Of a DNA stretch of 64,000 nucleotides, positions 1 through 13,399 are shown piece after piece; the stretch's first letter is position 1, and the number at the start of each line of letters is the position of its first letter. The position numbers and the translations under genes are program-made. The stretch comes from Polymyxa betae A26-41 (Eukaryota; Protista; Endomyxa: Phytomyxea), in NCBI GenBank assembly GCA_003693705.1, contig RBZT01000578.1:124001-188000 (forward strand). Reading direction: 5' to 3'. Under the pieces are notes generated by a model, which ran no database searches, was not told where the DNA came from, and was given only the letters and a program-made list of their open reading frames with translations.

Positions 1-1696
1 TTTTTGTCATTTTTTTTATACCTGAACAGGTTACTGTTTCCAATGGCTCGGTCAAAGTCTGGAATACATTTAGCCAGAAATGCATTCGCACGCTACCTTC
101 AGGATACGGATTATGCTGCGCTTTCGTTCCTGGCGACCAGCACATCTTGATCGGAACAAAATCTGGCGACCTGGAATTGTTTTCGTTGAATAGTGCTGAA
201 CTTTTACATCGGGTTCAAGCACATTCTGGAGCTTTATGGTCGATCGATCTGCATCCAAATGGATGCGGGTTTGCAACCGGTGGTGCTGACAAGGAGGTCA
301 AATTCTGGTCGTTTGAACTTATTCAAGATGACGATCCGGCTTCTAAGAAACGGAAAAAGACGCTAGGTGTCGTCCATACACGAACATTGCGTCTGACGGA
401 TGACGTGCTGTGCGTTAAACATACTCCTGATGGAAGCAAAATTGCTGTATCATTGCTGGATTCGACCATCAAGGTTAATGCAGTTTTGATACAAGTTTCA
501 GCAAATCAACTCAAATGTCCTGTTGCAGGTATTCCATGAAGATTCGTTAAAATTCTTCTTGTCGCTGTATGGTCATAAATTGCCCGTTCTCTGCATGGAT
601 ATCAGTTCTGATGGAACTCTTCTTTGCTCCTCCGGTGCTGATAAGAATTTAAAAATCTGGGGTCTCGATTTCGGCGATTGCCACAAATCTCTGTTTGCGC
701 ATGACGACAGTGTTCTGGCCTGTAAATTCCTGCCTGATACACACTACATCTTCACTGCTAGCAAAGACAAACAGGTGATGCGACTTTTCTGATTGTGAAA
801 TCATAATCTTATGTCAGATTAGATCCGGTTTTGGGATGGCGACAAATTTGAGCACATTTACTCACTTAACGGGCACCATTCGGAGATCTGGAACTTAGAA
901 GTTTCCAAAAATGGAGCAATGATTGTCAGTGTTGGCAACGATTGTTCCATTCGTCTCTGGAAGCAAACTGAAGAGCAAGGTTGATTGCCTCAACTAAGTT
1001 TTGATTGTGGTTTGGATTGACCTGATTGTGTTAGTCTTTCTTGAGGCTGAACGTGAAAATCGTCTGGAGGAAATGTTTGAAGAAGGCGCTGTCGAAAAAC
1101 CCTCCTCAGGGATTGGTGCGGTACCCGAATCCGGAATCGTCGGTCCAAAGACTTTCGAATCTTCCGCCGTTCTCGAAAGTACATCAGTAACGACCGTAAA
1201 AAGCGGTGAACGCTTGATGGAGGCGATCGATTTCATTGAATCTGATCGGGTAGCTTTAACAGAGTCTAAGACTCAGGGTAAAGTGCACAAACCAAATCCG
1301 ATGTTGCTAAACATGCCACATCTTTCTTATCTTCTGTACGTGATGAGGTTTGGGCGTCCTTCTGAGCTCGACGTCATTCTTATGGTTTTGCCTTACTCTT
1401 ACGCCAAACGTCTCATTCGTCTCCTTCACGAATTTGTGCATTCTTGCGATAATGATGGCATTGAGCTTGCTGTTCGGTCCGTTCTCTTTCTGCTACAAAT
1501 CCATCATCAACAATTGGTGGCATCTGGAGATTTGGATGACTGTTTGGCTGATCTTCGAGATGCAATCAGAAGCAGAGTCAGAGGCCTCAAAGATCTTGTT
1601 GGTTTCAACATTGCAGCTCTGGAATATCTCAAAGATGATTTACAAAACCAATCCAATTCCTCTTTCTATAACGAACGGGAGAAAATTGTTTCATAA
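1..1696 (+). CDS. WDR3: WD40-repeat SSU processome protein WDR3/Utp12/Dip2 (5'-truncated by window, multi-exon)
   Basis: Spliced ORFs 147-539, 523-792 and 1001-1696 give [51 protein letters not shown] and a C-terminal Utp12 domain (LMVLPYSY...[12 protein letters not shown]). Confidence 0.93.
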
Positions 1697-1733
1697 TAAA
1701 CTTAAGTGATATATCGCATTTAATTGACTTTCT

Positions 1734-2929
1734 TTATGGGAGGTAGACCTTCTCAGCTTCTGTAAGTTCATGTTGATTTTGAAGTCGGAATACTTCATTA
1801 ACTGAAGCTATCGTTTTTTCGACGTTGATGACCGATTCGTCTTCGAAGATTCTTTTCGAAATAGCCTGCTGCGCAGATATGGCTGCTCTTAGATTATGGT
1901 TTGCCCATATAATCAGACTAACTCCCTTGTTTCTCCAATGATCAGTAGGGACTTTGTAATAGTTAGTCGGAACAATAACAACTGGATGCCGCCCTCTGTA
2001 AGGAACTAAATAAAGCCCATCAAAGAAATATGAGTTTCTTACTCCCAAGCGTCCAGGAATTCATCAATCTGATTACCATCCCTTTCCTTTGAGTGTACTA
2101 AGACAGCATCCACGCCAGCTTGACGATATGCCTCAGCTCGTTTCAGAGTTTCGTCAAGGCCCCAACCAGCAATAAAGGATTCGACTCTTGCAATTATTTG
2201 AAAGTCGGGATCTTTTTGTGTGTCTTTACACGCTTTAATCTTGAGACAGAACTCCTTGATATCAGCCAACGGCTGCGGAGCATTAGCCAGCAACGAGTTC
2301 GTCTTCGGGAACAGCTTGTCTTCGAGGCAAACACCAGCAACACCTCTCGACTCCAGCTTAGACACCAGTCTCCTTGCATTATTGAAATTTCCTATCGTTT
2401 TGGTGAAACTTAATCACAATACATGACCAAGTCAGTTACCATAACCAGTATCGCCGTCTATTGACAGAACAGACAGGAAGTTTTAGTAAATGATGCTGAT
2501 TAAGAGTCTATCGACTGCTTACCTAATAAGACTACATATAAATTAACAAACAGAAGACAAGCGTGATTATGAATCCTTACTTGGAATATCTGTAGCATCG
2601 GTCATGAATTCCATTACCTCGAGCACCTGATAGATCCAGTTAATATCAGTGTCGAATGAGCATCATTGGTAGACCTGGGTGTAAGCAGCCTCATTGCTAT
2701 CTCTAACACCCATTGAGGCAGATATTGATAGACCTGAACCCCAGATGCCTTTGAATCCTGCTTCTTGAACAATTTTGGCACTCAATCCGTCATGTGCTTC
2801 CATGATGAAGGTCAACTCTTTGCTTTGAATCATTTCTTTCAGTAATGTCGTCTTTCTGGGTCCGGTCTGGAACGTCCTACATCCAAACCTGCCTATGCGT
2901 CGTCTTAACAGTGCTATCAACGACGACAT
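1734..2929 (-). CDS. pepM: Phosphoenolpyruvate phosphomutase (PEP mutase), multi-exon
   Basis: Signature [10 protein letters not shown] (EDKxxxxxNS) plus [25 protein letters not shown], spliced [31 protein letters not shown] and [13 protein letters not shown] at 2929. Confidence 0.97.
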
Positions 2930-3222
2930 GACACCACAGTCACCGAATGAGCATCCCCTAGTCTTTAACTGCACGCCCATTGTCACTGAAAGCTGTCACA
3001 GACAGACATAAAAAGCTTCAAAAACATACAGAAGCACCCATGTAGATAACAATGTACCTTAATATGCAGTCACGCCTTAACTCTGGCAATTAAAGTCCAT
3101 ATGGGATGAGAGAACTTAGTTGCAACAACAATAAATCTGTAATCTCTCTATGTGGTGACAACTATGGTGTTGTTGAAGAAATAAACACAGACAGTCAGGC
3201 TCAGTTGCCTACAACATTGATC

Positions 3223-3237
3223 TAGGGTTTAGGGTTT
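3223..3237 (+). promoter_or_regulatory. Telo-box-like element TAGGGTTTAGGGTTT upstream of the RRM gene
   Basis: Two tandem TTTAGGG-type units ~80 bp before ATG 3320; the same 14-mer occurs upstream of Timeless. Confidence 0.45.
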
Positions 3238-3319
3238 GATAAGTATGCGATGAATTGGAATCATGTTACAAGGCCTATCTATTAAGAGCAGTTGACTGTT
3301 AGACCGGTCTCATTCTATA

Positions 3320-4050
3320 ATGACGCTGACAGCCGATCTGAAGCTGGAGATGTCGCTGGACGACATCAGTAAGAAATCCGCTGTCTCCTCTGAAGGGCAT
3401 TCAGAGACAACACCCGGCAAGTTATCCAACCCGCGCTTGTATGTGGGAAACCTATCTTATGACACATCGTGGCAGTAAGTCGGCGTTAAAACTCGCCAAT
3501 TGGTCATGATTAGCTGCTAGGGATTTAAAGGACCATATGCGTCAAGCTGGCAATGTGATCCGTGCCGATATCATGATGTTCCCTGGCTCAACTCGACGGA
3601 GCAAAGGATGTGGTCTTGTCGAATATGAGACCATTGAAGATGCTCAGAAAGCGATCGAGGATCTGAACAATACAAGTAATGAGATCCTATTGGAGATCTT
3701 GAAGAGAATACTGACCTGTCTTAGTGCTGAATAATCGGCAGATCTTCGTCCGCGAAGATCGGGTTGAGAAAGTCGGCCAGATACGGTCACGATCTCCTCA
3801 AGGCAGCTCAACGTCTTTATACGTTGGCAATCTGCCATATTCGTACTCCTGGCAAGATCTCAAGGACCTGTTCAGACCATACGGGGAAATCGTTCGAGCC
3901 GATATCATCGTGGATTCGAACCGGCGCTCGCGCGGCTTCGGTACTGTCCAATTTGCATACCGTGAAGATGCCGATTCTGCTATTGATCGGTTAAATGGGG
4001 CAGATATTGATGGACGTTCTATCACTGTTCGATTCGACACATTTTGCTGA
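3320..4050 (+). CDS. Two-RRM RNA-binding protein, Gbp2/Hrb1/hnRNP M-like
   Basis: LEMSLDDI N-terminus; two RRMs ([23 protein letters not shown]...SKGCGLVEY and [20 protein letters not shown]...SRGFGTVQF); introns near 3476 and 3676. Confidence 0.88.
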
Positions 4051-5199
4051 TAATTATAAAGTGGAACTATGTGGAGTGTTGAAGGCATCTATCTATTAAC
4101 AGCTGGTTACATAATGCTTAGCATACAATGAGATACAATCCAGATCTCATTATATTTTCTGTATACATTGAAAGAAAATCATGGTAGAAGCAATCAGACA
4201 TCGAACGACGACATTCCAGCCAAGAAATGCTTTATGAACAAGTGGACCTCGATAGGCTCAAAGCGTGTTACGGTTTTGGGTTTGAAGACAGAACAAGGAT
4301 GTCGGCAACGTACAAAACGTGATAATCACGGTTCCAGGTTTGTGATGATGTTTGCTCGTACCAGCCACACCACATAGAACCATATCAAACATCGGCAAGA
4401 ATCAACGACGAATTGAGAGTCACGAGCAGCAATGTAAACATTGTTTCCGGTCGGGCACAAGTTGAAGCTCGGATCGGATGGAATAGCATCGTCTAGTTTG
4501 TCGAACAGAGTCCTCGGGCGATGATGTCATTTTCAGCACAACGCCATCTCTGTTGTTCCGGCTAGATCCGGAACTGTATCAGGATTACGATCAAAAGGGC
4601 ATCTTCCTGATTGATCGCTGAGAGATGTTCCAGCGTGATGGCAATTACGTTGCAAGGATCGGCGAGACGACTACCTATCTACGACCACCACTACTGTGAT
4701 GGCACTCTGGACGTACTGGCCCGAATCCAATCACGTGCTGATATCCATCGAAAAATCCTTCTGACAATGTGTCTGTTGGAGCGACTTCTTGAATTTCGAA
4801 AGTGCTGTGATCTCTAACCAAGTTGTTGCTGATAGAGCTGTTTTCGAAAGAGCGAGACGTCCCCTAACTTGAGCTGAAGTTATCAGTAAATTGAGTGCCT
4901 GAAGCTCCTGATTGACAAGCAATTGATATTCTTTTCAACGATTTTGAGTATTGATGATGCCACAGGTTTCATGCAATCGGCGCCCACATCATTCGCATGT
5001 TGTTCTTGGTCGGATTTGTAAGGCACGTGGCCCAAACATGTCGAATCTATCTGAATGCATGAAGACACTGCCAAGTCTGCATTTAAAGCTGCAAGGTCCA
5101 GGCGCCGATGTCATCCACTGCGTCCAGTATTATAACAAGGTGGGCGGCTAACCGTTCTGCCAAACCCGTTCGTCATCGTCTGGGCAGCAACTCGATGAG

Positions 5200-6301
5200 A
5201 TGATGGAGGCGCTGGGGATCAATCCGCAATCAGAATCGCATCTGATCTGGATTGCTGAGATGGCTCTGATCTTGCCGCTCCCCTTGCCTTGGCTCCAGTA
5301 CGCTCAGACGAAAACGACGCCGATGTGCTATTACAATCCGAAGACAGGAATGATGAAGGGCCGGCACCCGCTCTGGAATCGCCTACTTGATATGGTGCAT
5401 TTACACCGATCTAACGACAATCCAGGTGATGATCACTCTATCAACTAATCAACAATTTTGATACAGCCATCTAGCCAGTCTGAGTGTGTTGGTAAACTGG
5501 CAGGTCAGCGATCGGTACGACGAAATCGAAGCCGTTAAGCATCAATGCTTGGTCAATTCCGAAATTGAATCTCGCATTGATCGGATTTCAAGAGGAATCG
5601 CCAATGGTCTGGGCGTCTGGCGCCGGCAAGCGTCTGCACGTCACCAACAGCAACGACAAAATCTGCAGGAGCTGCTCACGTCGATTTGCTCGAGACTGAA
5701 CCATGCTCGATCAACAATTGAATCGGTGACAGCGTTCCGAGAACGAACACCCGAAGCGTTTCATAGCGAATGCGACGATTACATACTCGAGCTGAAGTCA
5801 TGCCAGGAGCATCTGCAGACGATTGCCGATGATATCCAGGGACGGCTCGGACGAATCCAGGGCGAGCATTCCCGGGATCTGTGTATAGAATCGTTACGGG
5901 GTCTGGTACGGCAACAGATATCGACGGCGATTACGGTGATGGGAGAAGCGAATAAGTGGATGGAACGCGCAAGAGAAGAGATACGAAGCAGCGATCGGCA
6001 GGCGCTCGTACATAAAAGGAAGACCAGAACTGTTCAGAACACGATTCGACCGAGCCAGGCGGCGTTAGAACGTGCTCGTAGTTTGCAAAGAGGACGGCTG
6101 AACGCCAGTCGCACGATGATCTCGAAAACGATCAAAAGTGCAGACCGACTGAAAGAGTCGGTTGTGAGATCAGCGAGAGCAATTGATAATGAAGGATATA
6201 GCAGATTATGTGCAGAATCCATCAAAGATCTAGAAAGATGTCGGGCGTTGGCCATTGAAAATCTCCAAATCACAGAGACGCATAAGCAGATTCTATCATA
6301 G
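5200..6301 (+). CDS. CEP164-type WW-domain plus coiled-coil protein (5' end uncertain, may extend upstream to ~4600)
   Basis: LGINPQSESHLIWIAEMALILPLPLPW...YYNPKTG...HP resembles the CEP164 N-terminal module; followed by helical ORF 5486-6301. Confidence 0.6.
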
Positions 6302-6431
6302 TCCCAACATCGAATACTCACGCTGTAGGTTAATGAATGGGCCAGCAGTACCATGGAACCTGGTGAAGTTTTAGTACAAAAAGATTAATTACTGACAAAA
6401 TTGCACAATGATAACTGAGACATTTATCCGA

Positions 6432-7544
6432 CTATTCCTCGTCAAAATCATCGGCAGGCAAATCGATGCCCATAATAGCCGATACGAAATCACGAATATC
6501 GCTCTTAGAGATGAGCTTACGGCCTCGAGGCCCGATATGATAGTCATAGACGTTGATACCATCGCCAATCGAATCGACTTTTCGACGATGCAGAAACCTT
6601 GACCAAACATGAGAGATAGACAGGGCGTATCTTGAAATCGACTTACTGCTGTTTCGTGAAATTCGCGATCTGGTTGCGAATATCTCCAAAAAAGGAGTGC
6701 TTGCTGTTCGCTTCGAGGCCAAGTTTCAATAAAAAGTCAAAGAGATCGCTCTCGTTGGTGGATCCCTTACGAATGTACAGAAATCCATAGATAGCCATCA
6801 GTAAACCTCGATATGCGTTAAATCTGATAATGAAATCAGTAATGACGGAAGATATCACAAAAGCCAGACAAACATACGAATCATCCTTCGAATTAATTTG
6901 TTCAATCCATGCCTGATTCTCTATCGCGTTTCGTAAAATGTAGACTTTGGTGGTGGTCGGGCGTTTCTCTTTCTTTTTACGAGCGGCGGCCCGATCTTCG
7001 TCTTCCTCGTCATTCTCTTCTTGCGGACGCTGGTGTGAAACGACTTCACCCCGGCTATCAATGGTATCCAGAACGACAAGCTCGTAGCCCATATCGTTTT
7101 TGAATCGATGAGCTGCAGCCTCCATGATTCTTCCAACCGGTAAATGGTTTTTGTGCTTGGCTAAAGCGATCTTGGAGATATCATTAGCTCGGCATGGCTC
7201 ATTGTTAGCGTTCTTTCGCATAACGAATCTCATAACGTCAGAAACTTCACCATCGCGGGCTGAGATCTCGTTATCTCCAGCTCTGCCACCGTCATCATCG
7301 ATTCTTAAACCAAACTAAGCAAAAAGGGCGAAGTTCTCGGGTGATGATACTGGGTCAAGGTCGGCTGATGATCGTCGCGTTCGTCATCGCTGGAGTCGGC
7401 AGCAGCTAGACGTCGACGCTTCGCAGGCTCAGGACGGCGACCAGCACTGCCTTGACTGGATCGTGTCCTAGAGTATTGGTTCTGTTCAGGTTCGTCATCG
7501 TCGTCGATTTCCGATTGCCGACGAAGACGCCGGCTGGTCCGCAT
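6432..7544 (-). CDS. NSE3: MAGE-domain protein, NSE3 subunit of SMC5/6
   Basis: AAAHRFKNDMGYELV...KVYILRN...GLLMAIYGFL...LFDFLLKLGL...HSFFGD...FTKQ...YDYHIGPRG is a MAGE winged-helix pattern; disordered N-terminus. Confidence 0.82.
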
Positions 7545-7976
7545 CTTGCGGAAAGACAAAGTTCAATGCCGTGCTCTGGTGACGTTCACTTGGAGACATT
7601 TCACTTTTAGGATTCGGAAGAAAATCGCATTATTGATATGGAGTTCATGGGATTAGTATCAAATATAATGAACTGATCTGAATAGGTAAAGCGTCATAAT
7701 GACTGAATCTTGTACCGCCGGAACCTACTCCTATCCAAGTTGCTGATCAGTCTAAGCCTCTAGCAAATTTAACAATTTATAGTACAGCAAATTATTCAAA
7801 GATAACAACCCTGGAATTTCTTTCAATTATCCGGGGATACGAAGAAATTTGAATTGAAAAATGTTATGTCGGCTGTCGGACGGCAGACATATTTTTGATA
7901 GAATGATAAATGCAAGAATGATTGGGTATTTCAAATGAATTTATTCATTGTGGCATTGAAAATCGATGCTAGACTG

Positions 7977-10065
<2,089 letters not shown>

Positions 10066-10365
10066 ACCTCAGTATGAGGATCATACACATAAAACCATTC
10101 CTGAAGTTGGCCATAGACGAATCCGCGAATACTGTGTAATCACTTATTTGGACTGTGATAACCAAACGTGAAAGCACCTATTACCCTTTTTTTGGACGTC
10201 GACTCCTAAAACCAGTATGAGTTGCGCGAATGAAAATCAGTCATGAAAATATGCAATTCTTTAATAAAAATAACAGAAATAAAACAAGGATAACATGATC
10301 AGTATTCAGTAACCGAGATGATCAGTGGCTGTTACAAACTGAAAACACGAAAAGAAAACCAGGCG

Positions 10366-12285
10366 TTACTTGTTGAGAAAAGGATCGTGAACTACATCAG
10401 TAGCAATGGATGGAAATAGGTTGAGGCGGCGATCAATTAGTTCTCGACTTCCACACCGACCACAGAACTTGTAGCGAAAGGCATGCCCATCGGCAGCACA
10501 TTTCTCACAGCCCAGCTCGATGCCACGTCGATGTAGTGACATCCCGCATTCACAGCAATATCTGACGTCAATCGCCATGCCACAATTTTGACAGATCTTA
10601 TACATTCCAGGACAGCCGGGACTGCAACAAATCAGTCAGAAGATTAACCTGCGGATCTGAAGCTACAGAAAACCAAAAACTATGATTTATCGCACAAAGA
10701 AAATCCAGAAAAGGGGCAGGGAAAGCCCTCTATACAGAAGCACAAACGTATTAAGCCATAGAACGTTAGCAGAAAACAACTGACTTGTTATGAGGTAACG
10801 CCGTCTCTTCGTTTCTTGCCGACGGTGCCGATACCGAGGTCGCAGGTCGTAACGTCGCCTTCAGCAGCTCGGTTTTGGATCCGACCGAGCACGAACCGGA
10901 CGACAGCGTTGGCAATGGGTTTTCATACACTGACGACGATGCAGAAGAATCGCCATCATCGTCATCATCATTTTCACTGTTAACAGATTTGGATTCTAGA
11001 TCCGGAGATGGTAGTGCAAGAAGGTTAGCACAATATCTCCAGGTCTTCAAATTAACGTCCGCCGGACGGCCCGATCTTATGATCTGTAGAAGTGGATTAG
11101 AGAGCAGAAGCGCACTGTAGTAAGTTGCAAAATGACAAACGATAAACTTTAAAGCTGATCGCCTTCGGCTCAAACTTTGAACGATAAAAGCAGAAAAAAT
11201 CGAGTTGTTAGAACCTGCTTCAAGATTTTCCGGTAGGACTTGACTGCCGTTAGTGCTCCTGCCTGAGTATTCTCGTTGCCAAATCCGGGAACGTTCGCGA
11301 TATTCCGGCATATTAACCGCAGAAGTTCTTTCAGACCTGGATGAATTTTCACCTATAATCTGAGTTTACAAACCGAGCTTTCTGAAACTGTACTAAATCA
11401 AGAATGCACTCATTGAGAAAAGAATTTTGAAACGCGAATGGGCAAGTATGCTGAAATTATCCTGCATATGAATGGTTACGCGTTTGAAAGGTCACTCAAA
11501 CTGAAATTCCAAAGTTAAAATCCAACTATTTACATATTTGACGAAATCAGATAGTGCAATATAGCCCTGCGAGCGGCTGTTGCAGAATTGAGCTGCAATA
11601 TTATTAATGATCTCGCGTGCCTGAGTCCCGTAATCAATTAACAACGTTATGGATCACCCCAATGATCGCTTACACGCTCCCGGATGGCAGAACGTAGAAA
11701 TTTCGGCAGTGGACGTCCATCGGCGAACGCCCGACTGAAAACGACCAGATAGAATCCCTCCAGGAGTTCGCCCAGGCGCGACTCGAGTCTGCTTTCCGGC
11801 AGGAGATCGTGCTTGCCGAACAGAAGCTTAATCTAACAGACATATTAGCAAATGGATTCCAAGAGGGGTAGGTAGGTGGACCCGCCCCAACACCCAACTG
11901 TAAGAGTTCAACAGTGATACTACGTACATGGTTTTTGGTGCCTCCACAAGTGATAGCCTGTAAACATCGGATGAACCTCGAGCGATCTATGTAATCGTTG
12001 TCACTGCCGCAGAACCCGCGAAAGAATGCATTGCTGATGGGTTCTGGCATCGGGAAGAGGTCCGAGAAACGTCGCTGATCCAGTATGGGTTCGCCCTTAG
12101 CATCGGCGTGAACGAATTCGTCGAAGATGTTGGAGATGATATTCGTCTTGTCATCTGACACTAATATGAAGTAGGAACGCTCAATGAATCGCTCAGTCTT
12201 GTCGAACCAAAAGCGTACAAGGATTGGAGCTGGAGGGATCTGAATCTTGACCGTGTTTTTTTAATCCTTCCGAGCGAACCGACAT
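10366..12285 (-). CDS. Uncharacterised protein: N-terminal EF-hand-like region, acidic linker, C-terminal CxxC zinc ribbons
   Basis: FFRGFCGSDNDYIDRSRFIRCL (EF-like); CQNCG...CCECG...CEKC...FCGRCG (double zinc ribbon). Joining of the ORFs into one gene is inferred. Confidence 0.55.
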
Positions 12286-12868
12286 GCCCAAGTTATAATG
12301 CGAAAAAACGAACTGTGGTTGATCGGAAAAATGAATGGCTAATTGCAGAATGCAAAATTAGAAGTTCGAGTTGCAACTAAAATTTTCTGATAGATATTCA
12401 TGAGTTTTGCATTCAGAACAGCAAAATCTCATTTCGATGACCGCTTCCGCACCGTTCACGGAAAACCGCTGCAAATATCTTTATCTTGATCTTGATGCCA
12501 ATGAGCACCACCCGGTCGTGTTTCGTGAAACTAAAGCATTGACAGTCGCAAGGACAAATCGGGAAGTTTCTACTGGCTTGAGGCCGATCAAGTTATAGCG
12601 GAAAGCAGTAATGATAAAATGGGTAATACAGGATTCAATTAATTTCGATCAACCAAACTATTAAGTAATGCTGCTCCAGTCGGTAGAAAGACGCATGCTA
12701 TCCCCAGTAACTAATAAAATTCCACGATCATTACGAAAACGGAAGAAAAATTTTGTCCAATTGAGATTCGAATATGTCATTCAAGCTAGGTTTCGAACTG
12801 TTACAAATTTTATAGAGGACGAATATGTCTGCCGACTGGATCGGCAGCGGTTGTTGACGATAAACACG

Positions 12869-13305
12869 CCAGAGCCCAGAGGAAATCCTCGTAGACAACG
12901 TGGGATATGCCAAGCAGCATTCAGCATGAACTATCCGCCATTGATTTTTCGCTGAGTGTGGCTCGGATCGGCAATCCGGATGAGTTGTCTGCCACACGTC
13001 CTTGTAATTGCTGATGACGTCAGCAACGACCGCTAAACGGACGAGGCTCGGATCGGCAACTCAAATTAAGTTGCCTGGCAGACGGTTAACGCACCAGAGC
13101 CCAGAGGAATCCTCGTAGACAACGTGGGATATGCCAAGCAGCATTCAGCATGAGCTACCCGCCATTGATTTTTCGCTAGTGTGGCTCGGATCGGCAACTC
13201 CAGATGAGTTGTCTGCCACACGTCTTTGTAATTGCTGATGACGTCAGCAACGACCGCTAAACGGATGAGGCTCGGATCGGCAACTCAAAATAAGTTGTCT
13301 GTCAG
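12869..13305 (+). repeat. Two-copy ~225-bp direct tandem repeat (12869-13081, 13094-13305) with internal hairpin motif
   Basis: Near-identical copies differing by substitutions and 1-bp indels; GGCTCGGATCGGCAA at 12960, 13045, 13183 and 13269. Confidence 0.95.
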
Positions 13306-13399
13306 TGTTGACAAATGTCCGCGCACTACGTTCGGACTTATTTCTGCGAGTCTATTTATAGAACTTACTAAATCCAAACGTATGATTTGCGAAAATTAA

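Noticed and set aside
13005-13050. Hammerhead ribozyme (CTGATGA followed by CGTC...GACG)
   Set aside because: The required GAAA core after stem II is absent (reads GAGG), and no stem III with a cleavage triplet is evident.
12960-13305. CRISPR-like array (four palindromic repeats)
   Set aside because: The spacers are themselves duplicated and irregular (85/138/86 bp), there are no cas genes, and the context is eukaryotic.
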